Shown here: positions 1 through 7,656 of the stretch, one piece after another
How positions within the stretch are numbered: the first letter of the stretch is position 1
Layout: each line of letters begins with the position of its first letter
NCBI GenBank assembly: GCA_964426185.1
Contig: CAYRPF010000023.1
Span: forward strand, 11,874 to 38,923
DNA: 27,050 nucleotides
Source: an uncultured archaeon
GTDB lineage: Archaea > Asgardarchaeota > Lokiarchaeia > Sigyniarchaeales > Promethearchaeaceae
Reading direction: 5' to 3'
The notes under the pieces: model-generated
What the model was told of the DNA's origin: nothing
Databases searched by the model: none
The model's input: the letters and a program-made list of their open reading frames with translations, nothing else
Translations under genes and position numbers: made by a program

Positions 1-13
1 CTTTGTGATTCAT
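1..13 (-). CDS. Possible 5' end of a gene running off the left edge (MNHK...)
   Basis: CAT at 11-13 is a minus-strand ATG preceded by AAGGT, and a TATA-like TTTATAG lies on the minus strand at about 54-60. Only 4 codons are visible. Confidence 0.3.
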
Positions 14-64
14 ACCTTTAACATTTATTTTTAAAAATTCAAAAAGTAAAAAGGCTATAAATCT

Positions 65-246
65 TTCTCATAGTGAGTAAGGGCATTTTCCGTAATTTGT
101 AGAGAGGCACGCTGACGGATTAACGTGATGGTGCTAAAGCACCACGAACTACTAAGCGATAATTATAGTTTTACAATGCCTAAGTGTGGCATTAACTGAG
201 AGAATTCGTGAAATGGGATTAGTGATTAAATACTATCGAACTATGA
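65..246 (+). ncRNA. Candidate structured small RNA with box C/D-like (K-loop) motif; strand and ends uncertain
   Basis: ORF-free and GC-richer than its flanks. Helices: TCATAGT 68-74/ACTATGA 240-246, TTCTC 65-69/GAGAA 200-204, TCCGT 89-93/ACGGA 115-119, TGGTGC 129-134/GCACCA 139-144, AACTA 147-151/TAGTT 166-170, AATGCC 175-180/GGCATT 188-193. CTGA 112-115 and GTGATG 125-130 have K-loop geometry. Confidence 0.5.
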
Positions 247-271
247 CTTAAGTTGGAAAAAAAAGGGGAGT

Positions 272-2152
272 TTAATCTGAACCAGAGTCAGTATTTGTTT
301 CACCGGCTGCTGGTTCACCTTCACCTTCTTCATTCACCATTTCGTATTGCGGGATAGGTATTTCATAATCAAGTAAATCTCCGAAAATTGCTTGGGCCAT
401 TGCCAATCCTTCTCTAGAAGGCTGTTTAATGGCTTGAGATATCAGATATTTCGCCGAATCTTCATTGAATTCAAATAAAATAATTTTATCCGCAAATTGA
501 TTGAGAATCGATTTAAATTTAGCTCCACTGGTCTTTTCTGGAACGATTAACAGAGCTTTATCAATTACTCCTTCACTAATTGCATTTGAAATCCGTTTAG
601 CCGCATAAAATGCAGCTACCCCACCACTCTTAGTAAAAGTCTTCACAGATGGTATTTCTATCCCGAATTTTACGCCATTGTATTCAATTAAACCCGCAAG
701 ATTATAGTTCCTTCGGTTAAATGTAAAAGATAAGGGTGTTTCCAACCGAATTTCCTTGTTATATCTATCTGCTAAAACTTTTATTGATTTTAAGGCTGCG
801 CCTGCTACAGATTGTGGATTGGCTTCAATGGTGTAATCTTCATCTTGCATCAGTTCTTCAATTGCATCTAACAGTGATTTGCCTGGAGCAGTAGCCGATG
901 GCTTGGTTTTGCTTAATTTTGCAGCATCTGCTGAAATGGCGGTGGTTGTTGAAGTGGCTTCTGCTGCTGTGCTTTTAATAACTTCAGCTAAGGACATTTC
1001 GTCATAAACGATTTTATCGACAAACAAGCGAATCAATTTAATGATTGACCGCTGATTACCATCAGTTTTATCATAAATGGCGCGTAAAACATCCTCGTTC
1101 AAGGGAAATAGAGGATAGATCGGAGGATTTAAATTATTTTGACTCCAAAAATATTCTATTGCTTTAGCAAAATACAGAAGCAAATCATCAAATTTGAAGA
1201 ATTCCAATTCTCGATCTTCTTCCATTCGTGAACGCATAGCTTGATCTGCAGTCTCTTTAACACGGGGCCAAATTTCTTTCAAAACCGCCAATACTATTAC
1301 TAAATTTTTGATCTCATTATAAATTCGTTTTAAGGTTTCTAAGAATTTTGCTTCCGCTTCAGGACCAATCATACGATAGGGGCTCTCTAATTCATCAAAG
1401 TAAAGAATAATGGTTTTACCCGCATTTTCACAGATGAGTTTAATCATAGCCAGACAAATATCATCACTTTCAATTACTGAGTTTATCCCTAAAGTATCCA
1501 ATTCATTTTCTTCTAAGTCCTCACCCAGAAGCCAGCGTTCAGCCAGCCCTGATCGATCTTTATCTAAAGAGAAAATGCATAATGTTTTAACGCAGTCTGC
1601 AAAAATTCCAGGATATTCTCGGATTCCATTTTGAATTGTTTCATCTAAATCTTGTCCGCCGAAGAGTCCCAATTTTTTCTTTTTATGACCACCCCAGCGC
1701 TCAACTAATTTGTCTGCAACAGTATGAAGAACATCAGCGGTTAATTCGTCTAAGAGACAAGTGTAAACGTGTAATAATATTCTCACTGCTGCTGGAGGGC
1801 TGGGAACATAAACAATGGTCCAGTTATCGGGGATGTTATCGGGAATATCTACTTCTATCCCTTGTGCTCGCTGTTTTACTTTATTCTCCATACTTTTATA
1901 AGCCCAATAGGCATGGGTTTTTCCAGTTCCCGCTGAACCAATAATTGGAAGCATTCGTGTGGAATGGTCTGCTTGAGTTTGTTTAATAGCACGAAACAGA
2001 AAACGGTCTATTTTTGCACGAGGTCCTGGTATGTCAACCACGTCTTGCATTGATCCGCGAGCAACAAACCTATCAAATGGAGTTGTGCCTTCTTTTAATA
2101 CGTCTAGATATAAATCGATTTCATCAGGATCCATTTCAGAAAATATATTCAT
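272..2152 (-). CDS. P-loop AAA+ ATPase (Cdc6/Orc1- or BrxD/DUF2791-like architecture) with a separate C-terminal domain
   Basis: Walker A GSAGTGKT (aa 72-79), Walker B IILYFDE, Arg-finger-like AMRSRM, lid motif TDGNQRSII, an Ala/Thr/Ser-rich linker, then a ~170-aa alpha/beta domain and an acidic tail. Oligo-T follows the stop on the minus strand (257-264). Confidence 0.8.
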   Translation of the reverse strand: MNIFSEMDPDEIDLYLDVLKEGTTPFDRFVARGSMQDVVDIPGPRAKIDRFLFRAIKQTQADHSTRMLPIIGSAGTGKTHAYWAYKSMENKVKQRAQGIEVDIPDNIPDNWTIVYVPSPPAAVRILLHVYTCLLDELTADVLHTVADKLVERWGGHKKKKLGLFGGQDLDETIQNGIREYPGIFADCVKTLCIFSLDKDRSGLAERWLLGEDLEENELDTLGINSVIESDDICLAMIKLICENAGKTIILYFDELESPYRMIGPEAEAKFLETLKRIYNEIKNLVIVLAVLKEIWPRVKETADQAMRSRMEEDRELEFFKFDDLLLYFAKAIEYFWSQNNLNPPIYPLFPLNEDVLRAIYDKTDGNQRSIIKLIRLFVDKIVYDEMSLAEVIKSTAAEATSTTTAISADAAKLSKTKPSATAPGKSLLDAIEELMQDEDYTIEANPQSVAGAALKSIKVLADRYNKEIRLETPLSFTFNRRNYNLAGLIEYNGVKFGIEIPSVKTFTKSGGVAAFYAAKRISNAISEGVIDKALLIVPEKTSGAKFKSILNQFADKIILFEFNEDSAKYLISQAIKQPSREGLAMAQAIFGDLLDYEIPIPQYEMVNEEGEGEPAAGETNTDSGSD

Positions 2153-2387
2153 GTTTTATTCTCCAATTTTGCAATTCTTCATTATTTTAATACTCAGATC
2201 TATATACAACTTGTCGTGGATCTTTAAAATAATTTTTTTTAAATCTCTCCAAAATGATATAAATAGAAAAGTAAGAATGATTTTGGAAATTTTTACTGCT
2301 TTGTTCTTTAAGTGTGAGATAAATTGTGATTAAATTTGGACGGTTTTAAAATTTCACGTTCGACCTTAAAAAAGGAATAAATGCTCT

Positions 2388-2474
2388 TAACTTTCTTTAA
2401 AAAAAGTTAGAAATGCGCTATTTTTCATTTGAATTTCGAAATTGTTCACATAACTTTTTTGGGGAGCGTTCGAA
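2388..2474 (+). promoter_or_regulatory. Putative hsp20 promoter with operator-like palindromes
   Basis: TTTAAAAA TATA-like box (about 2396-2403) flanked by the inverted repeat TAACTTT 2388-2394/AAAGTTA 2403-2409. Perfect palindrome AATTTCGAAATT at 2432-2443 and a second TTCGAA at 2469-2474. Confidence 0.4.
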
Positions 2475-2492
2475 AGATATATAGTGAGAATT

Positions 2493-3227
2493 ATGGTTGA
2501 TACAAAAAAGAAGCGAAAGAAGCACGACGAAAATGATGATGAACAAAATGATGATAACACCAATGACACCAATGACAACGAAGATACAGAGGGATCTGAC
2601 TCCTTCTTTCTAAACGATGACTTTTTTGAGTTGCTCAATAAACAAATGCGCCAAGCTTTTAAGATGTTTCCAGGAATGATCCCGCCGAATTTTGATTCGC
2701 GCACGATGCGAAAAATTTTTACTACTATTTTCCGTCAGATGAATTTGGATCCGAGAGATCTTCAAAATCTCTCTCCTGAAGAATTGCAAAAAATTTGGCA
2801 GAAGAATAAATTTGGGGCACAAGGCCCATTTGTGTTTGGAATGAATTTTGGAATTGGACCTGATGGAAAACCGATAATCAATTCTTTTGGAAATGTGAAA
2901 CCGAAGCCTAAGGGAGAAGCGGAAATCAAAGTTGAACGTGATCCTTTGGTTGATATTTTTGAAGAGGATGATGATTTGGTGGTGGTAGCTGAAGTTCCTG
3001 GTGTTCAGAAAGAAGATATTGAGTTGAAAGCAACACCTTATGAATTGGAAATAGTTGCCTCCTCTTCGACTACGGGGAAATCACAGCGTAATTATCGTAA
3101 AGCTGTTCCCCTTCCCACTGAAATTAATCCTGATGTAGCCAAAGCACGTTATAACAATGGAATCTTAGAAGTTCGCTTAAAAAAGCGAGCTCCAGAAAAA
3201 TCGAAAAAACGGATAAAAATTGATTGA
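2493..3227 (+). CDS. hsp20: Archaeal small heat shock protein Hsp20 (alpha-crystallin domain)
   Basis: GPFVFGMNFGIGPDGKPIINSFGNV is typical of archaeal Hsp20. Also DPLVDIFE..VVVAEVPGVQKEDI, AKARYNNGILEV and a C-terminal IxI motif (IKID). ATG 2493 preferred over GTG 2484. Confidence 0.93.
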   Translation: MVDTKKKRKKHDENDDEQNDDNTNDTNDNEDTEGSDSFFLNDDFFELLNKQMRQAFKMFPGMIPPNFDSRTMRKIFTTIFRQMNLDPRDLQNLSPEELQKIWQKNKFGAQGPFVFGMNFGIGPDGKPIINSFGNVKPKPKGEAEIKVERDPLVDIFEEDDDLVVVAEVPGVQKEDIELKATPYELEIVASSSTTGKSQRNYRKAVPLPTEINPDVAKARYNNGILEVRLKKRAPEKSKKRIKID

Positions 3228-3249
3228 TAAATTTTTTTGGGCTCTTTTT

Positions 3250-4119
3250 CTATTTTTTCATGAGCTTCTCCAATTCTTCAAGATTAAAGGTTGGTAGTTT
3301 TTCTATTTCTGCAATAATTGTTTCAATCTCACTTTTCGTGCTTTGAATGTTGTGCAATCGACTATTTAAACGGTGCTCCAATCGGGTTAATTGGGATCTG
3401 TGCCCTCGAAGGAAATCAATAACATCGTCTTTGGTTTGAAACATTTCTGCTTGATTTAATAGAATTTCGATGATATCATCACGTTGAATTGGAACATGTT
3501 CCGGATCAACAATATCTCTAAGATCCGGATTCATTTCTGGAGGTAAATGAGGTTCATGGTCATGTTTCTGAGATGGTTTTTTGTGTGGAAAATGGTTAGG
3601 TTGTGAGATATAGGGTGGGTCCCGAGGATTTCTGGGTTTTCTAAAAGGCATATGAGGTGGGGGAATTCCAAATCCATATCGTTCAAATGGGGCTAAATCA
3701 TCAATAACTGCGATACGTTTCGCCCAGTTGACCTTAATTTCTTCCAAATGCTTAATGCCTTTATCTGTGATTGTATAGAATTTATTCGCCCGGCCGTTGA
3801 CAATTTCTTCTCTAACTTTAACGTAGGCATGTTTTTCCAGCCATTGAAGCAGTCTTACCAGACTTCCTCTCGGAACTTGGTATAATTCCTGGAGTTGGTA
3901 TCCGGTAATTCCTGTTCTTTCTTGTTGAATTTTAGATAGAATAATCAACAACTGCATTTCTTTAAATGATTCCCTTCGGATTAACCTTCTATGCAGAAGT
4001 GGATGTCTAAAAGGAACTCGAATTAATCTTGGATTGTGTTTATTCGGATAATTCGGATCTTTCGGATCATCTGGGCGATATTTTCTGTGATCTTGATGGT
4101 TCGGTTTCATGCTCATCAA
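3250..4119 (-). CDS. PadR-family winged-helix transcriptional regulator with Pro/His-rich low-complexity regions
   Basis: ITGYQLQE...GSLVRLLQWLEKHAYV...GRANKFYTITDKG is the PadR signature, followed by a C-terminal coiled coil. Confidence 0.85.
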   Translation of the reverse strand: MMSMKPNHQDHRKYRPDDPKDPNYPNKHNPRLIRVPFRHPLLHRRLIRRESFKEMQLLIILSKIQQERTGITGYQLQELYQVPRGSLVRLLQWLEKHAYVKVREEIVNGRANKFYTITDKGIKHLEEIKVNWAKRIAVIDDLAPFERYGFGIPPPHMPFRKPRNPRDPPYISQPNHFPHKKPSQKHDHEPHLPPEMNPDLRDIVDPEHVPIQRDDIIEILLNQAEMFQTKDDVIDFLRGHRSQLTRLEHRLNSRLHNIQSTKSEIETIIAEIEKLPTFNLEELEKLMKK

Positions 4120-4208
4120 AATTATTTAGGAAAAACAGATATTTAAATATGTCCATTTTGTCATATAGAAAAAAAATCATATTTTCTTTTTGTCACATAT
4201 CTAGAGCT

Positions 4209-4703
4209 TTATTCCAAAAAAGGTGCTGCTTTTTCTTTGTTTCTTGCACAAGAAAGGATCTTTTTAGCTAGATTGCGCTTTTGCTTGAAATATTCTTCCA
4301 TAATTTCTTCAGTTGTTAAGGAAGGGTAACATTCAGCTAAAGCTAAATCGCGGCGATAACATCCGTTTCGGCGCATGCAGCAATAACTTAATGATCCGAA
4401 ACAGGGAGAGGGATGATCCCAATTTTGAATCTTCGAGAAATCATCTTTAATCTTGATGAATTCATCTGAAGTTATTCCAATTTCATACAAAACTTGATCT
4501 CGTCGGCATTTTCCCGCAAATGTTAATTGGTAACCTGGTTTACAGCAAAATGTCAGAGCTCGATAATCACCACCCATACAGAGAGGTACTGGAGCATTTT
4601 TCCATCCTGGAACATCCCGAAGATATTTTAAATTGATGATTTCAAAAATTCCCATAAGCGAGTTAGGATCTCCAAGATTAAATTTTTTTTCTTCTATCCC
4701 CAA
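4209..4703 (-). CDS. Cys-rich protein of the 'methanogenesis marker 9' domain family (start may be ATG 4655)
   Basis: WKNAPVPLCMGGDYRALTFCCKPG...CRRD...PCFGSLSYCC...GCYRRD...EEYFKQKRNLA matches the pattern I recall for this domain. Confidence 0.75.
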   Translation of the reverse strand: MGIEEKKFNLGDPNSLMGIFEIINLKYLRDVPGWKNAPVPLCMGGDYRALTFCCKPGYQLTFAGKCRRDQVLYEIGITSDEFIKIKDDFSKIQNWDHPSPCFGSLSYCCMRRNGCYRRDLALAECYPSLTTEEIMEEYFKQKRNLAKKILSCARNKEKAAPFLE

Positions 4704-4739
4704 AATTTCATATTTTAAGGAGCATTTTGCTACTTAATT

Positions 4740-5414
4740 ATGGAAAAATATAAAGAAGAATTCATCCGTTTTATGGTTGAATCTGATGTACTACTATTTG
4801 GAGATTTTATCACTAAATCTGGCCGAAAAACACCATATTTTATAAATACTGGGAATTATCGAACCGGGATGCAAATTGAAAAATTGGGACAATTTTATGC
4901 TCAGGCCTTACAAGCAGAATTTAGTGAATCATATAATATTTTGTTTGGGCCCGCTTATAAAGGAATTCCTTTAGTTGTATCCACATCGATTGCTCTTTTT
5001 AATCAATATCATTCAGATGTGGCTTTCTGTTTCAATCGTAAAGAAGCAAAAGATCACGGAGAGAAGGGAACCCTCATTGGTACTAAACTCAAAGAGGGGG
5101 ATAAAATTATAATCATTGAGGACGTAACCACGGCGGGAACATCTATTCGTGAAGCAATTCCTCTCTTAAATGCACAAGGCTTCGTGGAAATTGTAGGTTT
5201 GCTGGTTTCGGTTGATCGAATGGAAAAGGGGCGGACGGAAAAAGGTGCGTTGAAAGAATTGGCAGATCAATTTAACATGAAAACGTGCGCTATTGTCACC
5301 TTGGATGAAATAGTCGAATACCTTTATAATCGAGAAATTAATGGTAAAATTTATATCACCGATGAAGTATTGAAAGAAATCCAAAATTATCGCGCTCAAT
5401 ATGGATGTCAGTAG
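4740..5414 (+). CDS. pyrE: Orotate phosphoribosyltransferase
   Basis: FGDFITKSGRKTPYF, LFGPAYKGIP, FNRKEAKDHGEKG and PRPP loop IIIEDVTTAGTS. Confidence 0.96.
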   Translation: MEKYKEEFIRFMVESDVLLFGDFITKSGRKTPYFINTGNYRTGMQIEKLGQFYAQALQAEFSESYNILFGPAYKGIPLVVSTSIALFNQYHSDVAFCFNRKEAKDHGEKGTLIGTKLKEGDKIIIIEDVTTAGTSIREAIPLLNAQGFVEIVGLLVSVDRMEKGRTEKGALKELADQFNMKTCAIVTLDEIVEYLYNREINGKIYITDEVLKEIQNYRAQYGCQ

Positions 5415-5487
5415 AAAATAATTGCATTACCAATACTTTTCTATCTCTTTTTCTTATTTTTTATTAAATTTGATGTTGTGAATAAAA

Positions 5488-6156
5488 ATGAAAACTCCAC
5501 AATTTTGGCAAAATATGTCTAAAAAACAGCGTAAAGAAGCTATCAATACTATAATCATCGTTGTAGTAGTGATTGGAGGTACTTTCGGAGCAATGGGGGT
5601 CGTAAAACTTGCTTTACATACAAATATACCTTTAGTAGTTGTCACATCTGAATCTATGCTCCCCGATATAGAAGTAGGTGATTTATTAATAGTTAAAGGG
5701 ATGGATCCTTCTGAGATTGTGGCTGGAGATCATGAAGCACGTAATGGTAGCATTATTATATACGATACTAATGGAATTTGGAGTCATCCTATCTCACAAC
5801 CCGTTGTGCATAGGGTAATTAATGTTTCATATAATGAAGCAGATGGTAAATATTATTTTATTACCCAAGGCGATAACAATTCATTTCCTGACCCTGCCCC
5901 TGTGCCTGAAGACAATGTCATGGGTGTGGTAATTCATCAAATCCCTAAGTTGGGAAAGGTGAAAATCTTTTTAGATAGTTCTGGATTAACTTGGGTTTTA
6001 ATAGTCATTCTTAGTGTGTTATTAGTAATCAGCATTATCCAAGATTTGATTCATCCTGAAGAAGATGAAGAGAAAAGTCAAGAAGAGAAAAAGCTAGAAG
6101 GAAAGAAAACAGAAACGATTTCTTCAGAATCCAATTCCCATGATTTAGGTATTTAG
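5488..6156 (+). CDS. sec11: Archaeal/ER-type signal peptidase I (S26B, Sec11-like)
   Basis: N-terminal TM helix, catalytic Ser in VVTSESMLP, GDLLIV, catalytic His in PVVHRV, TQGDNN and a C-terminal TM helix. Confidence 0.93.
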   Translation: MKTPQFWQNMSKKQRKEAINTIIIVVVVIGGTFGAMGVVKLALHTNIPLVVVTSESMLPDIEVGDLLIVKGMDPSEIVAGDHEARNGSIIIYDTNGIWSHPISQPVVHRVINVSYNEADGKYYFITQGDNNSFPDPAPVPEDNVMGVVIHQIPKLGKVKIFLDSSGLTWVLIVILSVLLVISIIQDLIHPEEDEEKSQEEKKLEGKKTETISSESNSHDLGI

Positions 6157-6183
6157 TTATACTAGATTTACTTTTTTATTCTT

Positions 6184-7506
6184 TTACTCCTTACTTTTTT
6201 GCTTGTTTTGTAATTTATTTTGATTATTTTCTTGTGTTACTTTTGGAAAGGGACGAAATTTCAGCTTTTTGCGTGAAATGAGTGTGATTATTCCATAAAT
6301 TACTACCGATATTATTCCAACACTGAAAATTATTATCGTTGGCCAATTCTGTTGAAAATAGGTCGGAGACGAAAAACCATTTGGAAATATATCCCGCGAG
6401 GGATGAAATGTAAAGAAAATAAAGTACAAAATTGTTTTTCCGGTTATTTCTAAACTTTCCAATGAGATATGAGTAATGTTATCGCCCTGGGTATGATGAT
6501 AAGGCCACCCATTTGATAGATCCCAGAATTTAATGATAAGATCTACTGTAGGTACCCCAATCTGCGCAAATGGAACATGATCATCAATAATAGAATAAGA
6601 ATTTCTATCCAATGGAAAAGTTATTCCGTATCCAATATGATTTCCAACATTAAATAGATGTTCTTGTAAATCAGGGCAAGCATGACTTTCTTGAATGAAT
6701 TCTAAGTTCTCACCTCCAACCATATCTAATAAAATGAAACTTTTAATCGAGTCAATGGATTGGTTTTGTGAAAAATAATTTTCCGGCTTTTGACTCATTT
6801 CTTCAGCCATATATGTGCTTCCTTCACACCATTCAAAGTTTGGTAATCCATTATACCCTAAACTGTAACCTTGGTCTTCCGCATCAAAAAATATAAACCA
6901 AAACTCATAATTCCACTTATTTTTTGATTGCGAAACTATCTGCGAAACTATCTGTGATAGTTCCAATAACACAGCGACTCCACTGGCACCATCATTTGCA
7001 CCATCAATGGGTTGAGATCGCAGCCACTCATTTGGGTCTTTCTCGGCTACAGCTCGTGAATCATAATGCGCGGCAAAAATCGCAATTTTTTCATGTCCCT
7101 CATTAATTTTAGCAACTATATTGGTCCCTGAACATGAATTCGCACCTTTTTTTATAGAAAAAGGGTGAAGGGATACATTAGCAGCAGTTTCCAGCTTAGA
7201 TACTATCCAATTCTGGCATAAACGGCTCTCATCTGTATCAGGAATCCGCGGGCCAAAATTGATCTGTTGGGCTATGAAATCGAGTACCTCTGAAGAATTA
7301 TAAGAATTGATCAATTGAAGATCATGCTCATTTAAGGTGTCAAACGAATTTACAGAGGATATAGCTGGAGAAATAGAAGAAAGTGGGGTAAATGTTTCAT
7401 CCTTAAATATATTTCCGAAATTTGATGAAGTTACTTGAATAAAACTACATAAATTTATCCAAATTAGTAAAATCTTCAATATCTTCCAATTTTTCCAAAT
7501 TTGCAT
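6184..7506 (-). CDS. Secreted, C-terminally membrane-anchored M28-family zinc enzyme, glutaminyl-peptide cyclotransferase-like
   Basis: Signal peptide, then FGPR, AHYDSR, GANDGASGVAVLLE, FFDAED, LLDMVG, IDDHVPF, YHHTQGD, a C-terminal TM helix and a basic tail. Confidence 0.85.
   Translation of the reverse strand: MQIWKNWKILKILLIWINLCSFIQVTSSNFGNIFKDETFTPLSSISPAISSVNSFDTLNEHDLQLINSYNSSEVLDFIAQQINFGPRIPDTDESRLCQNWIVSKLETAANVSLHPFSIKKGANSCSGTNIVAKINEGHEKIAIFAAHYDSRAVAEKDPNEWLRSQPIDGANDGASGVAVLLELSQIVSQIVSQSKNKWNYEFWFIFFDAEDQGYSLGYNGLPNFEWCEGSTYMAEEMSQKPENYFSQNQSIDSIKSFILLDMVGGENLEFIQESHACPDLQEHLFNVGNHIGYGITFPLDRNSYSIIDDHVPFAQIGVPTVDLIIKFWDLSNGWPYHHTQGDNITHISLESLEITGKTILYFIFFTFHPSRDIFPNGFSSPTYFQQNWPTIIIFSVGIISVVIYGIITLISRKKLKFRPFPKVTQENNQNKLQNKQKSKE
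6929..6952. repeat. In-frame 12-bp tandem duplication inside the M28 gene
   Basis: TGCGAAACTATC occurs twice (6929-6940, 6941-6952) and encodes SQIVSQIVSQ. Confidence 0.85.
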
Positions 7507-7563
7507 TAAATTATCTAAGCATATCTCTAAAAGGTTAAAAAATTTTTTATTAAACTTAATTCT

Positions 7564-7589
7564 AAAAGCGCAAGAACCTTGGCGCTTTT
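7564..7589. other. Inverted repeat/hairpin upstream of the M28 gene (operator or terminator)
   Basis: AAAAGCG-CAAG-AAC-CTTG-G-CGCTTTT. Confidence 0.5.
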
Positions 7590-7656
7590 CAAAAAATCGC
7601 TGATAATATTATCCAAATCATATAGAAAGTTGAAAAAAATAAAAAAATAAAGAAAC

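Noticed and set aside
51-150. Loose resemblance of AAGGCTATA..ATCTTTCTCATAGTG and AACGTG..GCACCACGA to the 5' part of eukaryotic U3 snoRNA as I recall it
   Set aside because: The GGAUCA box A core that pairs with small-subunit rRNA is missing, the match is gapped and from memory, and part of it doubles as a TATA box.
65-246. tRNA, 5S rRNA, SRP RNA, RNase P RNA, hammerhead ribozyme or fluoride riboswitch identity for element 1
   Set aside because: No T-loop/anticodon arm geometry, no GAGGAAAGUCC, no SRP helix 8 motif, no CUGANGA/GAAA core and no complete riboswitch consensus.
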